A stretch of 64,000 bases of DNA from Lama glama (lineage: Eukaryota), in the NCBI GenBank assembly GCA_028534125.1, contig CM052817.1, positions 12,526,001 through 12,590,000 of the forward strand, read 5' to 3'. This document shows, piece by piece, positions 37,473-49,130 of the stretch. Position 1 is the first letter of the stretch. The number at the start of each line of letters is the position of its first letter. The notes under the pieces were generated by a model. It searched no databases, had not been told where the DNA came from, and saw only the letters and a list, made by a program, of their open reading frames with translations. Both the position numbers and the translations under genes were made by a program.

Positions 37473-37669
37473 TTCTTATTACCTCCAAGATGTGGACCTT
37501 GGTCACCTCTAGGAAAAGGCTATGACAAATATGAATGATTGAGAGGAAGACTTTCAATATTTGGTCTCCTCAAAGAGTACTGGTTACTCTTTTCAAGTAA
37601 CTTCAGAAATTAGCATTTAACTTAGCAATACTCTCTAACTAGTAACTGAATCCTTAGAGTATCTTAACC
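37473..37669 (-). repeat. Copy B of the ~200-bp direct repeat (exon-like segment 37483-37600)
   Basis: See copy A; offset 2520 bp. Confidence 0.85.
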
Positions 37670-39251
37670 ACTAGATGAGAGGTTCAATAACTGTGAAAAA
37701 AATCACGTAGAACACTACTTTATGTTTGCTAATAAAGAATGTTCTCCATCTAGATTGTAGAATATGATTGTAGAATATTAATATTGGATTTTATATAAGA
37801 TTTTTCATATAGTTATGAGAAAATAAGAAAAATACTCATATCACTGTATTCAAGATTTCTTACCTCTATCTCTCAGGGGTAAAAATTGAATGATTAAAGG
37901 TGTTTTGGCCGCCATTCATGTCTGCTAATTTCAGGAAGATATCTGTTAAGCTTCTGAGCTCCCTTGACTAAAATTTCCATCTTCCTTCCGGTCTTAATTC
38001 AATTTTATGACAAGTTGGACATGATTTGTCTTAACACTTACATTCCCCCGTCAAGGCAAATGCATTCTGCTCAAACATATGGTCTCTTTTGGACAATATT
38101 TTAACTGTAATTTATTCTGCACACCCCTGTGACTTGGCAATCTCTGGGGACCTTGAATGCCTGGATTGGAGGGAGAGCTGATGAAGGCCTTCTTGGACTC
38201 AATGGCTAATGGGTGAATTGCTTACCATTCCTTCACAGACAGCAACATTAATCTAAATGGAAAAATTCATCACCAGCATTTGCAGTTCTGAATGGTAGCA
38301 TGTGGTGCTGATCTGGGAGAGTTTCACCTTTATTATCGCTCTGTAGGCCAGTGACCTAAATATTACTGAAGTGAGAGAACCTCACTTTTAACTACTGATG
38401 TTACAGTGGCTCTTCTCTATGAGAACAGAGAAGTAGTGTTTCTTCTGGGCTTTAATTCTGGGCATAGCTGTCAAAGAACATTTCTATTATAGTTTAATCA
38501 CTGAAGAAGGAGGATAAGAAGTCTTAGATAAACATAGGTACTTCCAAACCCTATTAGTGACCCATTGCTGTTTTTTTTTTTCTTTCTAGAATGATGCCAT
38601 TTCCTAAGATAAATTGAATAAAAACATATAACAATCTTACCTCTTGAAATTACATATTAGACTTATAAAACACTTACAAATATCATCGTTTTATGTTTTA
38701 CGGGTACAGCTAAATTCAGGAAAACAACCAAAGACATACTTAACTGTGATTGGCGCCTCACTGAGTGATCGATCTAGGTAATAAACATAAACAAATAGAT
38801 ATTTTAATATTTTTTCTGAAGATGGATCCTTGAAATTTATTAAGCTATGGCCTAATCATCAGAAGAAATAAACATTTTACTGATGATCCTATTGTGAAGC
38901 AACACAGACATACAGATTTTCACATTCTGGCACATTTAATAGTTTCACAGTAATATATAGTCACCCTCAATGTTTTGGAAAAGAACATGTATTATAATAA
39001 TAACAGCTAATATTTGTCAGTACTTTTCATCTACCAGACAATATGCTCACATTTTTATAAACATCTTTTTTTTTCTTTCCATAAACATATATTGAATGCT
39101 TATTCTAAGTCAAACACTGTTCTAGGAAATTGGGATATAGCAATAAACAAACAGACAAAAATAAAGATGTCTGCTATCATAGACAACTTGAGTGAGGGAG
39201 ACCTTCAGGAAACAATAGATACAGACTGTAATTAGATTTCTATTATAATAT

Positions 39252-39696
39252 TGCTATTTGTTGAATTGCGTTCTCCTAAAATTCATGTATTGAAATCATA
39301 AGCCCCACTACCTTGGAATGTAACCTTACTTGGACATGGGGTCTTTACAGAGGTAATCAAGTTAAAATTAACTCAGTAGGATAAGCTCTAATACAGTATT
39401 AGTGTTCTTATAAAAAGAGGAAACCTGAAGACAGACACACGCTAGAGAGAATGCCATGTGAAGATGAAGGCAGAGATTATAGATTGTTTCTATAAGCCAA
39501 GGAACACCAAGGACTGTCAGAAAACCAGCAGGCAAGGGACTTGGCACAAGTTCTCTGTTACAGCCCTCAGAAGTAACCAACTCTACCAAGACTTTGACCT
39601 CAGGCTTCTAACCTACAAAACTGTGAGATAGTAAATTTCAGTCCTCAAGCCACCCATTTGGGGTACTTTGCTATGGCAGCCTAGTCAACTAATATA
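39252..39696 (+). mobile_element. MLT1B-like solo LTR
   Basis: 'ttgaattgcgttctcctaaaattcatgtattgaa...gccatgtgaagatgaaggcagagatt...gctatggcagcctag'. Confidence 0.88.
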
Positions 39697-39699
39697 AGC

Positions 39700-40203
39700 A
39701 GTTCCTGTTCTCTCCAGTGGTACATGCTACTTGTCCCATCATGAGGTGGAGTCCATTTACCTTTGTAGCCAGACTGGCCATGTGACTTGCTTTGAACAAT
39801 AACATGAGTTGAAAGTGAGGCTGTGCCACTATCAGGATTAGCCTATAAAGGACCTGATAGGTTCTGTCTTTGCTCTCTAGGAATCCAGCTGCCATGCTTT
39901 AAACTGGAAGCAGGCCTAGACTTCCGGAAGAAGAGTGGTAACATGAAGGATGACTGAAGCATCCCAAGTGCAACCAATACCAACCAACAGGTAGACCCAT
40001 GAGGTCGTCTTTCACATTCCAACTCCCAGCTGACTCCCACATGAATACAGCTGCAGAGGCCACCTGACCCAATACCACACAGAGCAGAAGAACCGCACAG
40101 CTGAACCCAGCTAATCCACAGAACAATGACAAATGCTACAGTTGTCATCTTAAGTTTCTAAGTTTTGGGGTGATCTTTACACAGCAATATATCATTGAGA
40201 AAT
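39700..40203 (+). mobile_element. MLT1G/H-like LTR
   Basis: 'ctggccatgtgacttgctttga', 'cagctgaacccagctaatccacagaa', 'ctaagttttggggtg'. Confidence 0.8.
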
Positions 40204-40579
40204 AGATTAAGTTCCAAGGAAAACGATTTTAAAAGTAAGGTGAAGGGATTGAGAGAGAGTATTTGTGTGTGGTGGGAATAGTGGGGGAGGGGAGGATGCG
40301 GCAATCCTCATTTAATTCTCACAACAATTGATGAGATGGATATAATTAATATTCCATCTCCCAGACAAGTGAAAGAGGCTTACACAGGTTAAGCAATGTG
40401 TCCATGGTTACCTGTGAAGTCCCAATTCTCATTCAGGGTATGTTTCTAAGCCACTCTATCAAATAAAATACAGGAAGTGGAAAAATAATAGATCATTGTT
40501 GGTGATGGAGTGTCATCAGAGTGAACTTTGCTCTCCTCCCTAACAGCCTAGAAAATATTTTTAAGTGAAAGATTTAAAG

Positions 40580-41035
40580 TGTGATGCCTAATTTTATATG
40601 TCAACTTGACTAGGCCACTATTGTCCTGGGTGTGTCTGTGTAGGCATTTCTGAATGAAATTAGTACCTGAATCCACAGACTGAGTAAAGCAGATTGCCCT
40701 CCCTAATGTGGATGGACCTCATCAAATCAACTGAAGGCCTAAATTGGACATAAAGGCTGACTTCTTTCAAAAAAGAGAAATTTCTTCCTTTTCACTGCTT
40801 TCAAGTTGGGACGTCAGATTTTTCCTGCCTTTGGACTTGAACCAAAATATCAGCTTGAGTCTTGAGCTTACAGGGCATTAACCTGGAACCATATCATCAT
40901 TTCTTCTGAGTCTCTTGCTTGATTACTGAAAATCTTGGGGCCTACCATCCTCCATAATTGTGAGTCAATTCCTTAAATTAAATCAATAAATTTGTACCCT
41001 TGGATTCTGTTTCTCTGGAAAATGCTGACTAATAT
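40580..41035 (+). mobile_element. MLT2 (ERVL) solo LTR
   Basis: 'tgtgatgcctaattttatatgtcaacttgactaggcca...agactgagtaaagcagattgccctccctaatgtgg...ttctgtttctctggaaaatgctgactaata'. Confidence 0.9.
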
Positions 41036-42384
41036 AAAAAGTATTTTTCCATTTCTTATTAGTAAAAAAAAATTAAAGATACCTAAGTTTGAATAGAATG
41101 CCATTGCTTCCACACTAAAGATAAAATGCAATTGGTATATGTCTGAGAAAGAAGCACTGTTTTTGTTATAGATAACGGGTGAATATGATGTCTTGGGTTT
41201 AGAGAGCAATTTTAGAAACTTAGTCTGTAACAACTTTTTAAAAAGCAAAAAAACACTAAACCTTATGGGAGAGGCTGACTAATGTGGATATGGTGTAACA
41301 CGCTGAAAGGTTGCTTGAGACTCATTAAATCCAAATTGAGTTTTCCAATAGGCTTCTTTATAATGTAAAAATAAAGTAAAAGAAAAATAATATATTCATG
41401 AAAAATTGGGGAAAAAATAGCATCAAGAGAAATGAACCAAATATAACTATGCACATTAGACATCTTGCAGTTTTTGTCATGAAGTGTGTTCTTTCATAAC
41501 ATGATAGTTGCATTTCTACGTGAAATTGCATAAGAAATAATAAGTTTTAAGAGAAAAAAGGAAATTCTTCAGGGAATTTTGAATTCTTTATACAAAGGAA
41601 TATGTCACATCTTTACTATGTTGTTATGGTATTCAAAAATAACAACTTGATTAAACAAAATACATCTAATAAATAAAGTGTTTCTTCCTTAGTCTTTCAA
41701 TTTTCCAGATAATTCAGTTTCTGCTGTTATCTTTTACCTTGATCTTGTAATTTAGATTGTTGCATTGTTCACAATTACCAAAGATAAAGCAAAAGTAAAA
41801 CCACATTAAAAGTTTAAAAGAGAAAAATAAGTAAATAAAAAGATGTTAACAGAACAATAAGCCCAGAAATACCTCTGGCCCCTATTTTTCCTCACGGGAA
41901 AATAAAATTACTATTCTCACATTCCCTGGATTCAAATCTTGATTATATTGCAACTAGTAATAGTCTGTGTAAGGCAAATAATGTTTTCTTATTAGTCAAA
42001 TTCTAATTATCCTATTTACCCTGAAAACTCACACTGTAGGAGAACTGCTCTGCTTAAATTGTGTGGTATTTCCCTTGAAAGGGAAGCAATTTTTCTCCAT
42101 GCATTTTTAAATAGAATCAGAAAATATATGCTTTGTGTTTTTCAGCCAGTGCTGTTTTCATAAATTGTATCTTACAGGGTGAAAATAAACAGATACTTTC
42201 TAACTGAGACTCCTCCTTGATGAAAAATTTTGTTACTTATGTTATAAGAGGAAAACATGTGAGTGATGAAGCAAAAATAGATTCATGTGGTTTCATGATT
42301 AATTTTCTGTATGACTTTAGTCATGTTATACCAACATGACTTATGAATTTATATTTCTCTCTTTTTAATAATAATAATATCTAA

Positions 42385-44772
42385 TTAGAAGTGTGTCTCC
42401 CTTTTCACTTCTTATTTTGTTTATCTGAGTTCTCTTGTTTTTTAATTGAAGTATAGTCAGTTTGCAATGTTGTGTCAATTTCTGGTGTACAGCATAATAG
42501 TTCAGTCATACATGAACATACATATATTCATTTTCATATTCTTTTTCATTATAGGTTACTAAAAGATATTGAATATAGTTCCCTGTGCTATACAGTATAA
42601 ACTTGTTGTTTATCTATTTTATATATAGTAGTTAGTATCTGCAAATCTCAAACTCCCAATTTACCCCTTCTCATACTCTTCCCCCCTGGTAACCATATGT
42701 TTGTTTTCTGTGTCTGTGAGTCTGTTTCTGTTTTGTAAATAAGTTCATTTCTTCTTAGTGAGCCTGGCCACAGGTTTGTCAATTTCATTTACCCTTTCAA
42801 AGAACCAGCTCTTGGTTTGATTGACTTTTTCTATTGCTTTTTATCTCTATTTTATTAATTTCCTCTCTGATCTTTAATATTTCCTTCCTTCTGCTGACTT
42901 CAGGTTTATTTGTTCTTCTTTTTCTAATTCTTTTAGGTGATAGTTTAGGTTGTTTATTTTAGGTTTTTCTTTGTTTTTTGAGGAATGCCTGTATCACTAT
43001 GAACTTCATTTAAGGATTTCTTTTGCTGCATCCCATAGACTTTGTCTGGTTGTGTTTTCATTGTCTTTTGTCTCAAGGTATTTTTTTAATTTCTTCTTTA
43101 ATTTCATTGTTGACCCATTGGTTTTTTATTAGCATGTTGTTTAGTCTCCATGAAATTGGTTTTTTTTCTCATTTCTCTTTCTGTGGTCGATTTCAAGTTT
43201 CATGCCATTGTTGGTCAGAAAAAAAAAATACTTGAATAGGTTCTATCTTCTTAAATTTGCTGAGGCTTGTTTTATGTTTGAGTATGTGCTCTATCCTGAG
43301 AATGCTTCATGTGCACTTGAAGATAATGTGCATTCTGGTTTTTTGGGGTGTAATGTGCTGAAAATATCAATTAAGTTTAACTGTTCTATTGTGTCACTTA
43401 GTATCTCTTTTGCCTTATTGATTTTCTGTCTGGAAGATCTGTCCATTGATGTTAGTGGAATGTTAAATTCTCCTACTGTTATTGTGTTCCCATCGATTTC
43501 TCCCTTTATGTCTGTTAGTATGGGTTTCATGTATTTAGGTGCTCCTATATTAGGTTCATTTATGTTAATGAGCGTAATATCCTATTCTTGCATTGATCCT
43601 TTTATCATTATATAGCATCCTTCTATATCTTTCTTTATGGCCTTTGTTTTAAAGTCTATTTTTTTCTGAGGTGAGTGTTGCTACCCCTGCTTTCTTGTCA
43701 TTTCTGTTGCATGAAATATCTTTCCCACCCCCTCAGTTTTAATCTATGTGTACCCTTTTCCCTAAAGTGGGTCTCTTGAGACAGCATATTGTAGGCTCTT
43801 GTTTTATTTATCCAACCTTCCACTCTATAACTTTTGATTGGAGCATTTAGTCCATTGACATTTAAGATAATTATTAGTAGATATGTATTTATTGCCATTT
43901 TAAATCTCATTTTCCAGTTGATTTTGTGCTCATAAAGCCACCAGTGCAGATCCATAGGCACTGATCCACTGAAGTCAAGAACCAGGACCTCAGTAGTCAT
44001 GCACCTGAATCTGCCTTGAGAGCTACAAAAGCAGCCCAGACCCCAGCCACACTTCCATGTATGTGCGCCCGCAAAGACTGCAACTGCTATGCCAGACCCA
44101 CGCCAGCCACGGGAGCACCCATAATCTGCTCAGATGTCCCACATGCATTGAGTTTACAAAGGCCCCCATGATAGCGTAAGTCCAGGGATCTTACAACCAC
44201 AGGGAGAGGGTTCAGATTTCAGCCCTGCTGTCTAAGTCATGTGGCCCCTGGGAGTCAGCTCAGATGTCAGCCCTGCCCCCATTTGTGTGCAACCCACCAA
44301 CACTAGCACACCCCCAGAGCTTGTGGAGGCAGAGCCATTCTTGCAGTGAGCACACTGAGGGTGAGGCTGCTATGTGGAGGCCTCAGCCTACCCTTAGTGT
44401 GCTTTTAGCAATGGTGTTTCTATGGCAAGCTCAGGTTCTTGTACCAAACTCCAGCCCCTTCAGGCTGCTTTCCCACAGCTAACTCCAGTCCTCTTCTTGG
44501 GTCTTTTCTTTGAAGCCCAAGTTTTCAGCCCTCATGCCTACCAGCAGACATGAGTCTCAAGTTGGGGAATGCAGTGAGGTGGCCAGGACCTTTTTTTTTT
44601 TCCTTTTGTCTTACCCAGTTACACAGCAATCTGTCTTAGTTTTGGTTGTCTGAGATCTTCTGCCAGTTTTCAATAGGTATTCTGTGAGAATTATTACAAA
44701 CGTAGATGTATTTTTGATACATTTGTGGGAGGATGTGAGCTCCATGTCCTTCTATACTACCATCTTGATTGG
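42385..44772 (-). mobile_element. L1 5' UTR fused to the ORF2 endonuclease region (ORF1 absent), 3'-truncated
   Basis: ORFs 43698-44000 (MAINTYLLIIILNVNGLNAPIK...QETH) and 43291-43530 (TITVGEFNIPLTSMDRSSRQKINK) are the L1 APE endonuclease; 5' end 'caagatggtagtatagaaggac' near 44768. Confidence 0.88.
42438..42750 (-). mobile_element. Young L1 3' end nested in the older L1
   Basis: 'ttgaagtatagtcagtttgcaatgttgtgtcaatttctggtgtacagca' is the reverse complement of the terminus at ~52605-52652. Confidence 0.9.
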
Positions 44773-46019
44773 AACCCTAAACAATGAGTTTAATTAGCTG
44801 TAAAGTTATGATTCTTATGAGAAATAACTGTATAAGTTTTCCATCACATTATTTTCCTGTAAAACTGTTTCAGGCGATACTCTGGTCTTCACATTGTGCT
44901 TGCAGATACTTATATTTCTGTCCATTATAAAATTATATTTCAATCCAGATACATTTTTGTGAGAGCTGTTAAATTATCTTATATACTCAGCCACATGTGT
45001 AGAGACTGTGACATTTTTTTCAGCAAGATAGTCTTTGCACTTGTGAACAGTGATAGTTTTAAAAAGTGACACTGCTCTGACACTGTTACTAGCCAGATAC
45101 TAATTCTTACCACATGGGAAATGTCAACCTGACCAACGATTATATCATTAGTTACTGTCTTACCAAAGAAAGTCAGATTTGAGAAAATTATATAAAAATT
45201 CTGACACCTATCTAAATATATTATACATATATGAGCAAATGTGGAAGCCATTTGCTCTAGTACAAAAATCATCATAACTACATCCACATAGAATTTTGTA
45301 AACTCTAACCAAAAATGTGCCATACATTTCACCTGGATTTTTTTTTTAGGCCTGGCAAAGATTTTTTTTTTCTGTAGTTACATGTAACTTAGTAGTCTAA
45401 GCAAATCTGTGTCCTTGTCTTTGAAAGTTCCTTTTGAATAAAATTTTCTTAGCAATTTAGTTCAATCTAAGTTAAGATCATGGTTAGTTTGATCTAACCA
45501 TGATAGTTGTTGTTAGGAATAAAATAATAAGCTTGTAAAGCACTTTGAACTATGCCTAGTGCATAAGAACTCAATAAATTGCGTTTTTATTATTAATAAA
45601 GCAAACTATACTTCAAAGGTTAGGGGGCAAATTTCCTCATGTCTAGCAGGCCTTGCTGTTTTTATGATATTAAAATATCTTAAATAACATTAATTATGAA
45701 GCTGAGACTTAGTTTACTTATATCTCCAAAGTGATTCATTTGTTTTGAAAAATGGCCCAGGGAAGTTAAGAAATTTTCCCAAGATCACAAAGCATTAGAC
45801 TTGGAGAGATATGCTTACCACTTTATATTTAACCTCCTTGAGTAAGTAATTGATCCAGAAATAGGTATTAGTTACAGGCATGACTCAAATTCCTAGGTAG
45901 GCTAGTTCAAGAAGAAAACTCATACGATGGTTTCAATATAGCAAAGATAGATTTAGAAAAGAATAACTGAATTATGTTTAAGTTTCTCTTTTTAACAAAG
46001 CAAGATAAAAAAAAAAGTG

Positions 46020-46480
46020 GATTAGTCAGCTTGTTGTAGATTATGCTGTGTAATAAACAATCCCTAAAGTCTTGGAGACTTGGAAAGCAAAGATTCATTT
46101 CTTGTGAAGTATAAAGTTGGTTTCAGTTCTTTTCCATGTATTTATTAATTTTACTATCCATGTTAAAAAAAAAAACAGCCATTTTACTAGATTTGCCCAT
46201 TCTTGTGGTAGAGGGATAGAAGGCTCTGGTACAGACTCAAAATGTTTCATATTGCTTTTGCTTGGAAATGGCACAATGGAAATCTTCACATTCTGTTTTC
46301 TAAAGCATGTCACATGACATGCCCAAAGTTAGTGAGGCATGGGCTTATATTCCTCCATAGAGGACATGTTTATGTATATGACAAGAGACAGGTGTTTAAT
46401 TCTCTTACCAGCAGAATAGAGGAAAGAGGATTTAGAGGGTGGTGGTGAATAAATTCACGTAATAATAAGTCTACTCCAGT
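46020..46480 (-). mobile_element. Old MLT1 (I/J-like) LTR fragments
   Basis: 'ttatgctgtgtaataaacaatccctaaa', 'gtcacatgacatgcccaaagtt'. Confidence 0.5.
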
Positions 46481-46522
46481 GTTTATTATATCTTAGTTTT
46501 TTTTCATAACAAAGATAGACAA

Positions 46523-47357
46523 TGTTTAGGAAAAACTTAATTATTTTTCCTTTACTCTCACACTACAACCACAGTCACAACACTTCTGACACTAGATGTA
46601 TTTTTCCCCCAAAGTAATTATCTGTAGCACCAGTTGGATATCCTACAATTCAACTCAGTTCTGACACTAACCAGAGTTAGTGCAGACCCCACAGGTTAAG
46701 GACTCAGTCCCATAAGGTTCCTTTCCCCACCTCAGATGTCAGATGCAAGTTCCGGTTGTCACCTGTGGCGCTAGCCACTGGCTATAAATCAGAGATTCCC
46801 AAGATCCCATCTTCACATTCAATCATGTGAAAGAGTAGCTCACAGAACTCAAGAAAACACTTACTTACAAATACCAGTTTATTATATAATAAACGATATG
46901 ATAAAGAACACAAATGAACAGCCTGATAAAGGGAGTCATAGGAAGGAATACGGATGTATTCACCAACATGGAAGCTCTCTGAACCCTGTACTTCAGGAAT
47001 TTTAATGGAAGTTTCATCCTATAGGCATGGTCAGTTATTAACTCTACTTCTGACCTCTCTCCCCTCTCTGAAGAATCAGGGGTGGGAGTGAAAGTTCTGA
47101 GCTTCTAACCATGGCTTGGTCTTTCTGATGACCTGTCCCCATCCAGAAGCCCACCAAGAATTGCCTCATTAGAACAAAAGATGTTCCTCACACCCAGGAA
47201 ATTCCAAGGGTTTTGGAGCTCTATGTCAGAAACCAGGGTCAAAGACTAACTATTAGAACATAAGATTCTCCTCGCACCCTTATTAACGAGGGTTTTAGAA
47301 ACTCTGCATTACAAAGTGGGGGCAGAGATCTATATAAATATTTCTTATTATTTCACA
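46523..47357 (-). mobile_element. MER21-like solo LTR
   Basis: 'ttctgacactaaccagagttagtgcagaccccacaggttaagggactcagtccca'; reverse-complement start TGTGAAATAATAAGAAATA. Confidence 0.88.
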
Positions 47358-48139
47358 GGCAGAAAATAGTTTTTGGAAGGCTTTCAAGTAAACATAAATC
47401 CCAGTGGAAGAAAAGGTAGTGGGGAAAGGATAGTGGTAGACATAAGGCTTTAATCTTCTCGAGCTCCTAAAATATGTATATTAACCTTAACTGGATTCTT
47501 CTAAGAAGAGATTGTGTGTCAAAGAATCAAAGCTCTGAATTAAAAAAATAAAAAAGCAGGCTGGATAAGAAGTCTACCCAAGATCATCTCTTTTGTTTTT
47601 GATGTCAGGGGTGTGGACACTCCATAGGTTAGCTGGGCCAGCAGATAGAAAGAAGAATTCAAGTGGAGGAGAACAAAGACCATGGGGAAACCCATGAGGA
47701 CAATTAGGAGTCCACATCAGTCTCTTGCCATCTCCAACCTTTATGGTACAAGTGACCTGCAGGAGAATCTGTCACTTTATGCCAATGAAGTTGACCATGC
47801 ACCTGACCTGGGATTTGGAGAAGTTGAAAGGAGAGGCCTGCTGGAAGAGGGAGGAGCTATGAGTCTTGGGGCCGACCCCACCAATCAGGCGATCCAGCAC
47901 AACAGAAGATGCATGTAAAATGCCATGGTGCTGAGCCCCCTGTACCTGCCTCCCAAGTGTAAGGCCTACTCTTCCTTCAACTCTTTCCTAAGCTCATGCA
48001 AATCTCACTTGGAGACACCTCTCATTTGGAACCACACAGAGAAGGGATTCATGGGAAAAGTAATTCACTCAAGTGAATTACTAAGCTGAAACAGTACAAA
48101 GTCATGTCACGACAGAGATCCAGCTGGAATATGCTACAG

Positions 48140-48195
48140 GCACACACACACATACACACCCACACTCAGGTGTGTGCGTGTATGTGTGTGTTTGC
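48140..48195. repeat. Inverted (CA)n/(TG)n microsatellite pair
   Basis: 26-bp arms, 23/26 complementary, 4-nt loop. Confidence 0.9.
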
Positions 48196-48779
48196 GTCTG
48201 TTTACTTCTGATACTGACCTTATTGGTTCTTTTCTCATTAGTTATGAATCTCTTCAACTCTCACCCTCCTCCACTTCCTCAAGTCTCTTATCATTGTGGT
48301 TTTCAGAAATTCATAATTAAACTGAGATTACTGAATGTAATATTTTTTAGAAAAGCCAGATAGCCATAATAACATATAAAAATATTTTAATGGCCAATAG
48401 TCATAATAATAATTATTATTAAATTACCCAAGACAAATCTCTAACTCAAATAATAATAAGTAAAATCATTACACAGTTTTACCATAAATCCTGGATATGA
48501 AAATGTGACATAGTTTATGACAAGCCCAGTCAATCTGCAGTGACTGCTCAAAGTACTGCCTTAAGACAATTTCCAAGAAGCATCTGAGCTCAGTGGCTTG
48601 AGGGCCATGATCACTTCCCAACGTGTTTCATGGGCTCTAATCAAGGAGTATGGACACATATGCTGCACATTAGATGTGACAGCCATAGTTTAAAAAAAAA
48701 TCATGACACATATATAGCTACCAGCACCCATCTCATGCCCTGTTTAGTAGTAATTCAAAAACCCCACAATAGCTTTATC

Positions 48780-49130
48780 ACTGATTGCTTTATGTGGTCT
48801 ATAGCAGAGTATAATAAAAATGTTGCTTCCTGTGATCCAGATACTTGGCTTCTATTAATGCAACCTAAATTTGTCTAAGCTGTCATTTTTTTTTTTGCAG
48901 CCACAGACTATAGTTGTACCCCCAAGATTGTGACTGCACATTCTGTTTTCCAGCAGGCTCTCCATCATTCTATATTTACATGAGTGAATTTCTGAAGCAA
49001 AATAAAGGACTCCGCATTTATGTTTCCACATGTTTGTTTTGACTTGGTGTTTTTAGCCTGTTGAGAAATATTTTGAATATCAACTTTGTCATCTGGCTAT
49101 TTATCAGATGTCCTATCTGTGTAATTTCTA
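48780..49130 (-). mobile_element. L3/CR1 LINE relic
   Basis: 'cttctattaatgcaacctaaa...ttttgcagccaca' resembles antisense L3. Confidence 0.55.

Noticed and set aside
43202..43615. 137-aa hydrophobic ORF
   Set aside because: Antisense shadow of the L1 ORF2 endonuclease.
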